In this document: in pieces, positions 38,585 through 48,758 of the stretch
Position numbering within the stretch: position 1 is the stretch's first letter
Layout: each line of letters starts with the position of its first letter
From: Nitrospirota bacterium
GTDB lineage: Bacteria; Nitrospirota; UBA9217
DNA: 64,000 nt
Direction: 5' to 3'
NCBI GenBank assembly: GCA_963818475.1
Contig: CAWFSF010000002.1
Coordinates: 1 to 64,000, forward strand
Position numbers and translations under genes: made by a program
The notes under the pieces: model-generated
The model's database searches: none
What the model was told of the DNA's origin: nothing
What the model saw: the letters and a program-made list of their open reading frames with translations, nothing else

Positions 38585-40108
38585 TTATGCACGCTGCCAC
38601 GTGAGCCACGCTGTGAAAAGTTTTTTCACGAACGGCGTGAGCCGTCTGCGGTTGTACAGATCGGCCAGCTTTTTAACCGCCTCAGCCTGCGTGGGATAGG
38701 GATGGATCGTCCTCCCGATAGCCGAGAGGCCGAGCCCGGCGGTGATCGCCAAAGAGAGTTCATTGATCATCTCACCGGCATGGTGCGCCACGATCGTGGC
38801 GCCGAGGACCTTGTCGGTCCCCTTCCTCAGGTGCACACGCGCAAATCCCTCTGTTTCGTTGTCCAGAAGCGCGCGGTCCAGATCAGCAAAGGGAACAGTC
38901 AGCGTCAGCACAGGAATGCCCAGGTCTTCGGCGTCTTTTTCATACATGCCGACATGGGCTACCTCAGGATCGGTATAGGTGCACCAGGGAACGACCAGCG
39001 ATGAGGTCTTCTGCCTTCCCTTGAACAGTGCGTTGGCGATCAGGATGCGCGCCATCGCATCGGCCGTATGCGTGAACTTGTAGGGGGAGCAGATGTCGCC
39101 GGCCGCATACACACGCGGGTTCGAGGTCTGGAGCATATCGTTCACGATAACTCCCCTGCGCAGATCATAGGCAACACCCGCTGCTTCGAGGTTCAGCCCC
39201 GCGACGTTCGGCGCCCTGCCCACGCCGACCAGTATCTCGTCCACAGCGAGCTCCCGGATCGCGCCCTGCTGCTCCACGAAAATGACCTTGTCAGCGCCCC
39301 TTTTTTCCACCTTCAGGATATTCGCGTTCAGAACAAGCTCCACGTTGTCGCGCAACATTGACTGCTGCACGATCTCTGCGGCATCGGCATCCTCCCGCGA
39401 GAGCAGGCGGTCGGCAATCTCGACGACCGTTACGTCGCTTCCCATGCGCGCGAACGCCTGGGAGAGCTCGCAGCCGATAGGGCCGCCGCCGATCACCAGA
39501 AGCCTTGCCGGGGCCTCCGTAAGCCAGAAGACGTTCTCATTGGTCAGGTAGCCTGTTTCCTCGATGCCGGGAATGGGGGGGGCTGCCGCCCGCTCTCCGG
39601 TGCAGATCGCGGCCTTCTTGAAAGTGAGGACCCTGCCATCGACCTCGATGCGGTCCCGCCCGGCGAACTTCCCGCTGCCGAGAAAGACGTCGATGCCGAG
39701 CTCTTTGCTGAACCGCTGGGCGGAATCCTGGGAACTGATCCCGGCCCTGACGCTCCGCATCCGCTCCATGGCAGCTCCAAAGTCGATCGACACCGGGCCG
39801 CAGTGAATGCCGAAAACTCCTGCAGCCTTCACGGCATGGGCTGCACGGCCGGCCCTTACCAGTCCTTTGGACGGAACGCAGCCCGTGTTCAGGCAATCGC
39901 CGCCCATGAGGTGCTGTTCGATGAGCGCCACCTTCGCTCCCAGGCCTGCTGCACCCGCTGCGCACACCAGCCCTGCCGTGCCTGCGCCGAGGACCACGAG
40001 GTTGTAGCATTCAGCCGGTTCGGGATTTTTCCAGCCCGCCGGATGGACGTTATTGAGGAGGGTAGTGTTATACTCGTCCTGCGGCAGAATCAGGGGCTTT
40101 TGTTCCAT
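38585..40108 (-). CDS. Pyridine nucleotide-disulfide oxidoreductase (mercuric reductase/dihydrolipoamide dehydrogenase-like)
   Basis: [30 protein letters not shown]. Confidence 0.85.
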   Translation of the reverse strand: MEQKPLILPQDEYNTTLLNNVHPAGWKNPEPAECYNLVVLGAGTAGLVCAAGAAGLGAKVALIEQHLMGGDCLNTGCVPSKGLVRAGRAAHAVKAAGVFGIHCGPVSIDFGAAMERMRSVRAGISSQDSAQRFSKELGIDVFLGSGKFAGRDRIEVDGRVLTFKKAAICTGERAAAPPIPGIEETGYLTNENVFWLTEAPARLLVIGGGPIGCELSQAFARMGSDVTVVEIADRLLSREDADAAEIVQQSMLRDNVELVLNANILKVEKRGADKVIFVEQQGAIRELAVDEILVGVGRAPNVAGLNLEAAGVAYDLRRGVIVNDMLQTSNPRVYAAGDICSPYKFTHTADAMARILIANALFKGRQKTSSLVVPWCTYTDPEVAHVGMYEKDAEDLGIPVLTLTVPFADLDRALLDNETEGFARVHLRKGTDKVLGATIVAHHAGEMINELSLAITAGLGLSAIGRTIHPYPTQAEAVKKLADLYNRRRLTPFVKKLFTAWLTWQRA

Positions 40109-40125
40109 GAGAGATCCTTTTATCA

Positions 40126-40255
40126 ACCCGGACGGCCGGAACCAATATTTGCCACGAAGGCACGAAGACACAAAGAACATCGTGAAAATTTGCGATTCAA
40201 TCAGCCACGAAAAATACTCAGGCATCTCTTCGTGCCTTCGTGTCTTCGTGGCAAA
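40126..40255. repeat. Palindromic element, family A copy
   Basis: CCGGAACCAATATTTGCCACGAAGGCACGAAGACAC...CTTCGTGCCTTCGTGTCTTCGTGGCAAA. Confidence 0.8.
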
Positions 40256-40283
40256 ACACTCTTGCCGTTTTGAAAAGGATTTA

Positions 40284-41292
40284 CTACGCTTCTCTGCTCC
40301 TCTTCGCTGCATGCGCTGCGGCTCCCAGGAGCGCAGCCTGATCGTTCATGATGACCTTCACCGGGATGCGCGTAACGATCGGCGACAGCCTGCCCTTGTT
40401 CGTGAAGGCCTTCATGAACGTTCCGTCCCTGAGCTTCCAGCTGATCTTCGGCGCTATGCCGCCGCCGATGAACACCCCGCCTGTGGCCATGACCTGCAGC
40501 GCCAGGTTCCCTGCCGCTGCGCCGTAAATGGAGACGAACAGATCAAGCGTTGCTTCACAGAGTTTGCTTTTTCCGAGCCGCGCGGTTTCCGTGATCGCAG
40601 CAGCCGGGTCATCCTGCTCCATCTGCTGGGACAGCCAGGCCGGCTCTTTGCCATATTTTCCCGGTGTCGCGCAGGAACCGGTAGATGCTGAACAGGCCTG
40701 AGCCGGACAGGATCCGCTCATAGCTCACGTGGCCGTATTGTTCGAACAAATACCTCAGAAGCCCCAGCTCCAGGCGGTTCTTCGGCCCGAAATCGACATG
40801 GCCGCCTTCCGACGGCGAAGGGATATGGCGCGCGCCGTCCCAGAACAGGATCGCCGATCCGAGTCCGGTCCCTGCCGACAGGAGCGCCCGGTTGCCTTCG
40901 GCACGCCTGCCCCGGTTCAGGGTCATGAAATCCTTCGGCTGCATGACCTCAATGCCGTGGGCGTTGGCAACCAGATCATTCACCAGTGAAACAATGCGGA
41001 TGGAGAGGAACTTCTTAAGAGACCGCTCGGAGATCTTCCAGGGAAGGTTGGTGGCTACGGCCGTGCCGGAAACAACAGGCCCGGCCACACCGAAGGTCGC
41101 AGCGGACAGGCGCTCCTGCCCGGGAAGAAATTCTTCTATGACGCTTTCGAGATCGTCGAAATTCCTGCTCGGATAAGCCTGTGACAAGAGAAGGCGGCTG
41201 CCGGATCCGTCAACGAGGAAAAGGCCAAGCCGCGTTTTTGTGCCGCCCACATCACCGGCAAGGACCACTCGTGATCGTGACGTTTTTTTCAT
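40284..41292 (-). CDS. glk: Glucokinase (frameshift near 40665)
   Basis: LAGDVGGTKT, GVAGPV, GTGLG, SEGGH, GGVFIGGGIAPK. Confidence 0.88.
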
Positions 41293-41355
41293 TGTACCTC
41301 GCATAGTAAGTACATGGTATGAACGTAATCAAATTATAGTCAAAAAAAGCAGAAA

Positions 41356-41489
41356 TTTCTCGCAAAGGTCGCAAAGGACGTCAGAAAATCAAGAACCAAG
41401 GCTTACCGTTCTAAAACCCAAAAAGATTTCGACTCAGGTGCCTCTGCGGGTAGCTAGTGTGGCCCGTGCAGCAGCTATTGCGAGAGACG
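41356..41489. repeat. Palindromic element, family B copy
   Basis: TTTCTCGCAAAGGTCGCAAAGGACG...AACCCAAAAAGATTTCGACTC...TTGCGAGAGACG. Confidence 0.7.
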
Positions 41490-41524
41490 ACCTTTCGCTT
41501 CTGCCTTGCAGTTCCGTTTTTCGA

Positions 41525-41544
41525 AGCAGGCCGACCGGCCCGCT
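41525..41544 (-). promoter_or_regulatory. Candidate bacterial SECIS element
   Basis: AGCGGGCC-GGUC-GGCCUGCU hairpin starting 16 nt after an in-frame UGA. Confidence 0.65.
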
Positions 41545-42507
41545 AGGACGCAGCGCCCACTCACGTGGACCCCTGGCCGGCAGTGCAGCCAAAGCAGTGG
41601 TCGTCCACGCTTATGTTCCTGCGGCTCAGGGTCGAAAAATCGAATGCATGGATATGCTGCGGCACATCGGAAGCCACTGGAATTCCGAGCACCTGGTTGA
41701 AGTCGCAGTCATAGATCCTGCCGTCCCAGCCCACGCTCACCAGCGACCGGCACATGATCTTGTCAAGGGTTGCGGGATTGAACGCTGAAGCAAGCATGTC
41801 CAGATAGGCTCCGATCTTTCCGCTTTTGACCAGAGCATCGCTGAACCTGCCGACCGGCATATTGGTAAAAGCGAAGAGGCGGTTGAATACGATGCCGTAC
41901 CGTGCTTTCAGTTCCCTTTTGTAATCCGCCTCGAGGCTGCTCTGCGGAGGGGCGAGAAAGGGTCCTGCGGGATTATAGACCAGGCTCAGGGACAGTTTGC
42001 CCGTTTCGTCTCCATACCCCAGGCTGTTGAGCCTGCGGAGCGCGTCGATGCTCTTTTGGTACACACCGTTGCCCCGTATGGCATTGACGTTCTGCTTCGA
42101 GGTAGCACGGGAGGGATGCGATCAGCTCCACCTCATGGTCCCGGTAAAATTCGGGGAAGCCTTCCCATCCCGCTCTCAAAGAATACCGTAAGATTGGTGC
42201 GGGCAATGACCCTTTTTCCCATTTTTCTGGCACTGCTGACGAGCAAGGGGAACAGCGGGTTCAACTCCGGCGCTCCGCCGGTGATGTCCAGCGTTTCGAT
42301 GGAGCTGTTCTTCAGCACCTGCAGGACCGCATCCATCGTTTCCTTGCCCATGGACTCGATGCGGGAAGGCCCGGCGGATACATGGCAATGGTTGCATGCC
42401 ATGTTGCACTGGTAGCCCATATTGACCTGTAGAACCGTTATGTCCCTGGCCATTAGTGGTTCGGTCCTGACGGATTGCACCCTATCAAGGAATCTGTTTT
42501 TCATCAT
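41543..42507 (-). CDS. arsS: ArsS-family radical SAM (seleno)protein with DUF3641 (two frameshifts; UGA at 41561-41563 probably Sec)
   Basis: CNMACNHCH, DITGGAPE, ASLPCY, YDCDFNQ, HCFGCTAGQGST-UGA-VGAAS. Confidence 0.85.
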
Positions 42508-42529
42508 ATGAAACACCTGAATTCTGCAG

Positions 42530-42583
42530 AAAGAACGCGGAGTTCACACGCAGCGTAGCGGTCGGCGTTCCGGGTCGTTAATA
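42530..42583 (-). other. attC site
   Basis: TATTAAC...ACGCCGACCGCTACGCTGCGTGTGAACTCCGC-GTTCTTT; highly similar to the attC at 50989. Confidence 0.65.
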
Positions 42584-42587
42584 CTTT

Positions 42588-42872
42588 TTATGCGGCCCTT
42601 TTTAGACTGATACGCATACCTGCCTTTGTCGCAAGAGCGATAAGCATTTCCAAACTGAACTTCTCCCATTTGCCTCTTGTAAGATCAGAGATGCGGGACT
42701 GACTAACACCAAGAATTTCAGCCGCTTTGGCTTGCGTCAGCTTTTTGTTCTTGATGAACTTCCGAAGATCACCCATGATCTCAGAACGCATCTGAAGAAT
42801 TGCGGCGTCCTCAGGGGAAAAACCAAGATCAAGAAATACGTTGCCGGAAGATTTAACAATTGGTTCTTTCAT
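42588..42872 (-). CDS. XRE/HigA-type antitoxin
   Basis: SSGNVFLDLGF...LTQAKAAEILGVSQSRISDL. Confidence 0.88.
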   Translation of the reverse strand: MKEPIVKSSGNVFLDLGFSPEDAAILQMRSEIMGDLRKFIKNKKLTQAKAAEILGVSQSRISDLTRGKWEKFSLEMLIALATKAGMRISLKRAA

Positions 42873-42873
42873 A

Positions 42874-43200
42874 CTACTTCCCTCCAATTTGCTTGAATCG
42901 CTTGCGAGCTAATTCAATGTCGTTTTGATTCGTTTTTTGGCTCTTCTTTTGAAACGAATGGAGGACATATACCGCGTCCTCGAATTTCGCCACATAAATA
43001 ATGCGCCATTCTCCCAGGACATGGATTCGGATTTCCTTAACGCCGCGTCCTATACTGGGCATAGCTTTCCAATCGTTCGGGTCAAGTCCGTTTTGAACGG
43101 AATATAATTCAAAGCCCGCCGTTTTGCGAGCTTCGTCCGGGAAGTTTCGGAGATCGTCCAAGCTTGAGCCTATGAAGTTCAGCGGTTTAACCGGTCTCGT
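42874..43200 (-). CDS. RelE/HigB (Gp49-like) toxin with no canonical start codon
   Basis: KPLNFIGSSLDDLRNFP...GVKEIRI...YVLHSFQKK; homologous-looking frame extends upstream of the TTG call to ACG 43200. Confidence 0.8.
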   Translation of the reverse strand, partial: TRPVKPLNFIGSSLDDLRNFPDEARKTAGFELYSVQNGLDPNDWKAMPSIGRGVKEIRIHVLGEWRIIYVAKFEDAVYVLHSFQKKSQKTNQNDIELARKRFKQIGGK

Positions 43201-43260
43201 TATTGTATTATATAAGTTTTTATATATTAATCAAGCATTATTTGGGGAGGGACATAAGCT

Positions 43261-43325
43261 GTCGGGTAGAGTGCAGCGCAACCCAACGGCTCTTGTCGGG
43301 TTTCGCGTTGCTCTACACGACCTAC
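43261..43325. repeat. REP doublet (GTAG type)
   Basis: GTCGGGTAGAGTGCAGCGCAACCCAAC...GTCGGGTTTCGCGTTGCTCTACACGACCTAC. Confidence 0.7.
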
Positions 43326-43821
43326 CAACGGATACACAAGTGACTTGCCTCTAACTGATTCAAGCCAGTTCATCCGGCTGACCGCTTCGCTGCGAAATCA
43401 GGTGATCAATTTTCACCGTATAATTTGACATTTTTCCTTGCTATTCATTTCCTCAGCGAGGACATAAAATACCAAGTTATGTTATGCCACTGGAAGGTAA
43501 ACGACTCGGTGTCTTTTAACGCTCTACCGGCATTGAAATATGCTACAGTGTCGTATCGATTTATGGCAATATCACCAGCCGGTGCACTTTTCGAGGCAGC
43601 TATGACGCCGACTCCGGTTAAATAGCAATAATGCCAATGAGAAACTCATTAGAAACCTATCGGCTGATTTCAGTGATATCATGTCCGACTACCTACTTAT
43701 ATCAATTATTCAAAGATCGCCGCCGCGCTGCTGCTATACTACACTCACTCTCGGCTTAACAATCAATGTCGTCCTTCTCAGGACTAGTATTGTGGATCAA
43801 ATTTCTTCTACGCTCATGGCT

Positions 43822-45723
43822 TTACAACGACTGACTATCGTCTGAAGACACCTTCAGTACTGCTGCAATCGATGCGCTAAGGTCCTTGAGGAGGAACGGC
43901 TTGGCCACCACACCTGCGAACCCGTATTGCGCGTAGTCGGCCATGACGGGGTCATTGGCATAACCGCTGGACACAATTGCTCTGACGCCGGGATCAATCT
44001 CCCGCAGCCTGGCAATCGCTTCCTTTCCACCCATGCCGCCGCGTACGGTCAGATCCAGGATCACTGCGTCGAATGGGTTGTTGCTCTGTATTGACTCTTG
44101 ATAACGCTCCACGGCCTTTGCCCCGTCCTCGACAAGTGTCACTCCGTACCCTAGCCGCCGGAGCATCATTCCCACGGTTTCCCGCACACTTTGCTCGTCG
44201 TCCATGACGAGGATCGTGCCGCGTCCCTCCCTGATCCGCCCTTCGCCGGCCTTTGCTTCCGCACAGAGCGTACTGTTGCTGGCAGGTAAATAGACGGTGA
44301 AGGTTGTGCCGGCTCCAGGCATGGATTCCACCGTGACGTGACCGTCATGCTTCGTGATGATTGAGTAGGTGACCGCGAGGCCCAGGCCGCTCCCTTTCTG
44401 CTTCGTGGTGTAATAGGGATCAAAGACCTTTCCGATGTATTCCTTGGGGATGCCGATCCCGCAGTCATGTACGGACAGCCGGATGTATTTGCCAGGCTTC
44501 AGCGTGGGAATTTCATGGTGCGCCACATCGACGTTCTCCGCCCGCACCGTGATTGTGCCGCCCGCAGGCATGGCCTGGTCGGCATTTATCACCAGATTGT
44601 TAACCACCTGGGCTATCTGTCCCGCGTCCGCCTCTGCCAGCCAGAGATCATGGGGCAGCTCGATGGCGCACGTTACGCGGCTTCCATGCAAAGAGAACTC
44701 TGTCGCCTCTCGGATCACCGGACCGATGTCAACGGTCTTCCTGATTGGGTCGCCTCCCCGGGAAAAGGTCAGCAACTGCTGGGTAAGGCCCTGCGCGCGG
44801 AGTGAAGCCTTTTCAGCAGTCTGCAACTGCCGGTGCGTGTGGCTCGCCGGTTCCACGTCGAGCACCGCCATCGATATATTTCCCAGGATCGTAACCAACA
44901 GATTGTTGAAATCGTGGGCGATGCCGCCGGCAAGGATGCCCAGGGACTCCAGCTTCTGCGCCCGGATCAGATTTTCCTCCATGTTCTTCCGGTCGGTGAT
45001 GTCGCGGGAGTTGACGATGATGATGACCGTATCGTCGTCCGCAGTAAGGCTCTTCCCGACGGCTTCGAGATGCCGCCAGGAACCGTCCTTGTGACGGAAT
45101 CGGAATTCGGCGGCATCATTCCGTCCCGGCTCCTTTACTGCGTCGCTGAAGGCCTTGAAGGTGGCAGCGCTATCAGCGGGGTGGATGTAGTCGAACACGT
45201 TTATGCCGATCAATTCTTCCGGCAGGTACCCCAGAAGCTTTTCGACAGAGGGACTTTCGTACCGTATCGTTCCATCGCTGTTGAGAACCGTGATGATGTC
45301 AAGGCCGTTCTCGATGAGCGATCTGAAATGCTTTGCCGTCCTGGTGACCTCTTGTTCGGCCCGCTGTCGTTCAGCCATCTCCTGCCGCAATCGGTCATTG
45401 GAGAACTCGAGTTCTTTCGAGCGCTCCAGCACAATCTGCTCTGCAAGTTTACGATTCGATATTTCTTGCTGCAGCTGTTCGTTGGTTTTTATCAGTTCCG
45501 ACGTTTGTTTTATAAAATAAATAACAATGGGTGCAACGACTAATGGCACAAACAACGCATCGATCGCTCCTATTATCAATAGCTCAGAGGATACTTTGCC
45601 AAACCAGAAGAAGCTCTGGATGGTATTCAATACGGCGGTAAATAGTTCAGAGAAAACCACCGAGATCCAGACAAAATGCCAGGGATTGATCCGATACCTC
45701 TTGGGAGGAGCTGTGTTGGTCAT
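43822..45723 (-). CDS. Membrane PAS hybrid sensor histidine kinase with receiver domain
   Basis: Two TM segments, PAS (IHPAD), AHDFNN, NADQAM, GSGLGL, REC domain. Confidence 0.9.
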   Translation of the reverse strand: MTNTAPPKRYRINPWHFVWISVVFSELFTAVLNTIQSFFWFGKVSSELLIIGAIDALFVPLVVAPIVIYFIKQTSELIKTNEQLQQEISNRKLAEQIVLERSKELEFSNDRLRQEMAERQRAEQEVTRTAKHFRSLIENGLDIITVLNSDGTIRYESPSVEKLLGYLPEELIGINVFDYIHPADSAATFKAFSDAVKEPGRNDAAEFRFRHKDGSWRHLEAVGKSLTADDDTVIIIVNSRDITDRKNMEENLIRAQKLESLGILAGGIAHDFNNLLVTILGNISMAVLDVEPASHTHRQLQTAEKASLRAQGLTQQLLTFSRGGDPIRKTVDIGPVIREATEFSLHGSRVTCAIELPHDLWLAEADAGQIAQVVNNLVINADQAMPAGGTITVRAENVDVAHHEIPTLKPGKYIRLSVHDCGIGIPKEYIGKVFDPYYTTKQKGSGLGLAVTYSIITKHDGHVTVESMPGAGTTFTVYLPASNSTLCAEAKAGEGRIREGRGTILVMDDEQSVRETVGMMLRRLGYGVTLVEDGAKAVERYQESIQSNNPFDAVILDLTVRGGMGGKEAIARLREIDPGVRAIVSSGYANDPVMADYAQYGFAGVVAKPFLLKDLSASIAAVLKVSSDDSQSL

Positions 45724-45759
45724 TGTTGAATTCTCCTGAATAGTGTTGTATACATTTTT

Positions 45760-45805
45760 CCGTATCGATGAGTTGAGCGGCTCGGCTTTACATGATTGGT
45801 TAGCA
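45760..45805 (-). other. Degenerate attC remnant
   Basis: TGCTAACCAATC...GCCGCTCAACTCATC-GATACGG, 10 nt after the PhzF stop. Confidence 0.4.
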
Positions 45806-45815
45806 TAGGATTCTA

Positions 45816-46715
45816 TTATGATAAGATATATTCTCCCTGGATTCGCACGATTGCACCGCCTCCGAACAGCACCCGCATTTTTCCATGTTCATCATTCCGG
45901 GTGATCAGCTTAACAATGTTCGGGCTGACGAACTCTCCGTTCTGCTCCACGGTCATCGATTTCCCATCCCACTTGGAGTTTTTCAAAAGATAATAGCCGA
46001 AGGCGGCGTTCCCCGAACCCGTTGCGGGGTCTTCAAGGTAGCCAAAGGTCGGCGCAAATACTCTCGTCCGGAACCGGTTCGGTTTATGAGCGTCACTTCA
46101 TCGGTAAAGACCGTAATGATGTCTATGGAATTTTTCCGGCAGTATGATTTCAACTCGTCCAGCTGGGGGGACAACGACAGTATGGTGTCCAGCTTCTTTA
46201 GGGGGACGATCAATGTTTCCAGCCCCGCATTGACGACTGAGACGGGATAGTGGTCGCTTATTTCATTGGGCTCGATTTTTACGGCCTCGGCAAAGCGGTT
46301 TTTGTCGATCGCGGCTGGTGCAAATACCGGATCAGGGGCAGTGATGAACACGGCATTGTCGTTTGGTATCCTGTTCACGACCTCCAGCCGCCCTTTGTTG
46401 GTTACGATAGAAATGGCCTCTTTAGTCGTCAGCCTGCTATTACTCTGGATAAGGTCGTACATGATGGCAATTGTTGCGTGACCGCAGAACTCGACTTCGC
46501 GTTCAGATGAAAAGTAACGAAGACCGTAAGTATCGTCGTCAATTTGGCCAAAGATAGCCGACTTCGCTTACAAATCCCTTCAATTCGCGGGCAATTCTTT
46601 GCATCTCCTGACCGGAGATATCGTTTTGGGTGCTCAAGTATATAATGCCGGCGGGATTGCCTGATGACGTCGCTGTGGCGAAGGCGTCGATTTTTTTAAA
46701 CGGGTATTGTTTCAT
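45816..46715 (-). CDS. PhzF-family epimerase/isomerase (frameshifted)
   Basis: KIDAF...GNPAG, LRYFSSEREVEFCGHATIA, NAGL, C-terminal FGGGAIVRIQG. Confidence 0.75.
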
Positions 46716-46828
46716 GACCTATCCTAGGTGTCATTTCGTCCAAGGACACTCCGGACACTACGTTCCCAATCTTTCCCTGTCTCGGGCTTACCTTGACGCA
46801 AGGACCGGCTGGTTGAAATCATCATTGG

Positions 46829-47137
46829 CTAGGCGTGTTGTAGCGTCAAAACCCGGACTTCTTTCGCAAGGCGCACATCGAGTTTGTCTTTTTCCACTTC
46901 AAGGTCATAGCGCGACTGAAGGTTGAGCCAGAATCGTTCAGAAAGGCTAAAATATCGGGACAGTCTCAGCGCGGTATCAGCGGAAATTGAACGCTTGCCC
47001 TGAACAATTTCATTGATACGGCGAGGCGGTACGCTGATGTCCTTTGATAGCTTGTACTGGCTGATTCCCATAGGTTCCAGAAAGTCTTCGAGGAGTATTT
47101 CTCCGGGATGAATGGGCGGCATTTTTTTCGTTTTCAT
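46829..47137 (-). CDS. higA: HigA antitoxin
   Basis: PIHPGEILLEDFL...RRINEIV.GKRSISADTALRL...FWLNLQ. Confidence 0.92.
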   Translation of the reverse strand: MKTKKMPPIHPGEILLEDFLEPMGISQYKLSKDISVPPRRINEIVQGKRSISADTALRLSRYFSLSERFWLNLQSRYDLEVEKDKLDVRLAKEVRVLTLQHA

Positions 47138-47146
47138 AATTAGCTC

Positions 47147-47428
47147 CTAATGGTAGTCGGTTATCTCAACATCGTAGGCATCCCCTTGATGCCATCGAAA
47201 ACATATTCTCCATTGATCGTTGATGCGGATGCTATGTTGCGTATGACGGTTGCCGGAAAGCTTCTCCAGCCGATTGCCGGGAGGCACTCTCAAATCCTCT
47301 AGAAGATCCGCGGCATCCAGATACATCAGTTTTTTCAGGGCGACGCGGCGAATTTCCGACGGAAATTTTGATGCATACTGTCTGTTGAACAGCTTTTCGG
47401 TATCTTTGCCGTGAAAGCTTTTTATCAT
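47147..47428 (-). CDS. higB: HigB toxin
   Basis: MIKSF...PPGNRLEKLSG...SIRINDQWRICF...DYH. Confidence 0.92.
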   Translation of the reverse strand: MIKSFHGKDTEKLFNRQYASKFPSEIRRVALKKLMYLDAADLLEDLRVPPGNRLEKLSGNRHTQHSIRINDQWRICFRWHQGDAYDVEITDYH

Positions 47429-47433
47429 TGTTA

Positions 47434-47463
47434 ATAGTAACGCATGGCGTTAATAGTTGTCAA
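47434..47463 (-). promoter_or_regulatory. higBA promoter and operator, probably leaderless mRNA
   Basis: TTGACA-N18-TACTAT, 5 nt before ATG; TAACG...CGTTA palindrome in the spacer. Confidence 0.65.
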
Positions 47464-47567
47464 GTGATATTGTGGCCAGGCTGGCAGCGTAAAATGAGGG
47501 CGAGGCAATTATAATGGCGCGCCCATTCGACATGCGAGTTGGATTACGCATGTTCCGAGGGGTTTCA

Positions 47568-47891
47568 ATGGGTCAATGGGGTCAAGTGTATAGGTGATGT
47601 TGAACTTCCGCATGAATTCTGTAAGATTCCCAAGAGGTGTTTCGACCAGGAGGAGAAAATGGTTGTTCATAAGGACGTAGGTATGGAGTTTGACCGTATA
47701 GATATTCAAAGATTGAGTGAGTATCTGGAGAAAGCGCGCGCGATCGGCGTCATCCTTGGAAATCACCTGTCGTTCGTTTCCGCGACAAGTGACGTGGTAG
47801 ACTGCATCAGGGTATTGAATTCTAAGAGGCCTGGCCATGGGCAAGGATAGAACAATAACTTAATTGTCAATAATGAAGATTTGATCCCAAT
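47568..47891 (-). pseudogene. Truncated REP-associated tyrosine transposase (RAYT / Y1 HUH) remnant
   Basis: MARPLRI...YHVTCRGN...YVLMNNHFLLL (second His lost); homology stops at GGGGTCAA repeats. Confidence 0.8.
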
Positions 47892-47903
47892 AGGTTCGTT
47901 GCA

Positions 47904-48611
47904 CTAGTGGTCTGCTGGTTTGTCTTTATTCATTTTCAGTCTCTCTTCTCTCTTTGCTCGAGACAATTTAACTTTTTCTGGCATGACAAACATATACTCG
48001 ATAAACTTTGAAATAAAATCGTGTGCTTCAATAACGTCATCAGCAGTAACTTCTTTCAAATTGTCCTTGTCTGGATGAGCCCCCCAATTACCCAATATTC
48101 TAATTTGATGTGCCCAATCTTTAATATCATTTGGCAAACTATTTAGAGAATCTATTTGCTTAATTAAATCTAGTTTGTGATCTGCTCCAAGAATTACCAA
48201 AGAACTCTGCAGTGCTCTTCGGAACATGGAGCAACTTGCTCTATTGGCCTGTATAGACTCACATTTCAAGGCTTCTTGATAATCCGATAGCACTTGATTT
48301 GGAATAAGTTCTTTTTCTTCACTACTTAATTCATCATCGAAGGATACGGGATATTTTTCTCCCCAGCCTTGCGCGGTTAAGTTTTCATCACTGGAATATG
48401 GATTTTGCTCAAAGTAATATGTTTTTAGGAGAAGCTTCTTGCATGGTTTACATCTAAAAATTACATAAAATTCTACATCTCTATTTCTGAAGGAGTGATA
48501 AGCGCTCCACTGTTTTTCAATATGTGCTTTAGAACCACAGTGAGGGCAGATATCAATTAAGTCTTTAACGTAACCATCAATTAAGGTGCCTGCATCTTTA
48601 ATGTTCATCAT
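47904..48611 (-). CDS. Zinc-finger + DUF4145 (HEPN-like) protein, cassette gene
   Basis: CPHC...CKPC; DYQEA...MFRRALQ; RILGNWGAH. Confidence 0.8.
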   Translation of the reverse strand: MMNIKDAGTLIDGYVKDLIDICPHCGSKAHIEKQWSAYHSFRNRDVEFYVIFRCKPCKKLLLKTYYFEQNPYSSDENLTAQGWGEKYPVSFDDELSSEEKELIPNQVLSDYQEALKCESIQANRASCSMFRRALQSSLVILGADHKLDLIKQIDSLNSLPNDIKDWAHQIRILGNWGAHPDKDNLKEVTADDVIEAHDFISKFIEYMFVMPEKVKLSRAKREERLKMNKDKPADH

Positions 48612-48660
48612 TGCCCCCTACAGATCTCATCGCAATTATTTTCCTCAATTGGTTTTTCGC

Positions 48661-48720
48661 GACTAACACGCGGGTGAGACGCGCATTTATTGTGCGTCGG
48701 ACTCGACCCGCACGTTGGAA
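48661..48720 (-). other. attC site (60 bp)
   Basis: TTCCAAC-GTGCGGGTCGAGTCCGACGCAC...GCGCGTCTCACCCGCGT-GTTAGTC. Confidence 0.75.
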
Positions 48721-48758
48721 CTTGGTCCGGACATTTAATTCAGGTAAAATAAATGTGT

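Noticed and set aside
38585-40108. True mercuric reductase MerA
   Set aside because: No C-terminal Cys-Cys pair, no NmerA domain and no mer operon.
43330-43820. Possible gene or attC in this intergenic stretch
   Set aside because: Only short unconvincing ORFs, and a CTCTAAC without a pairing partner.
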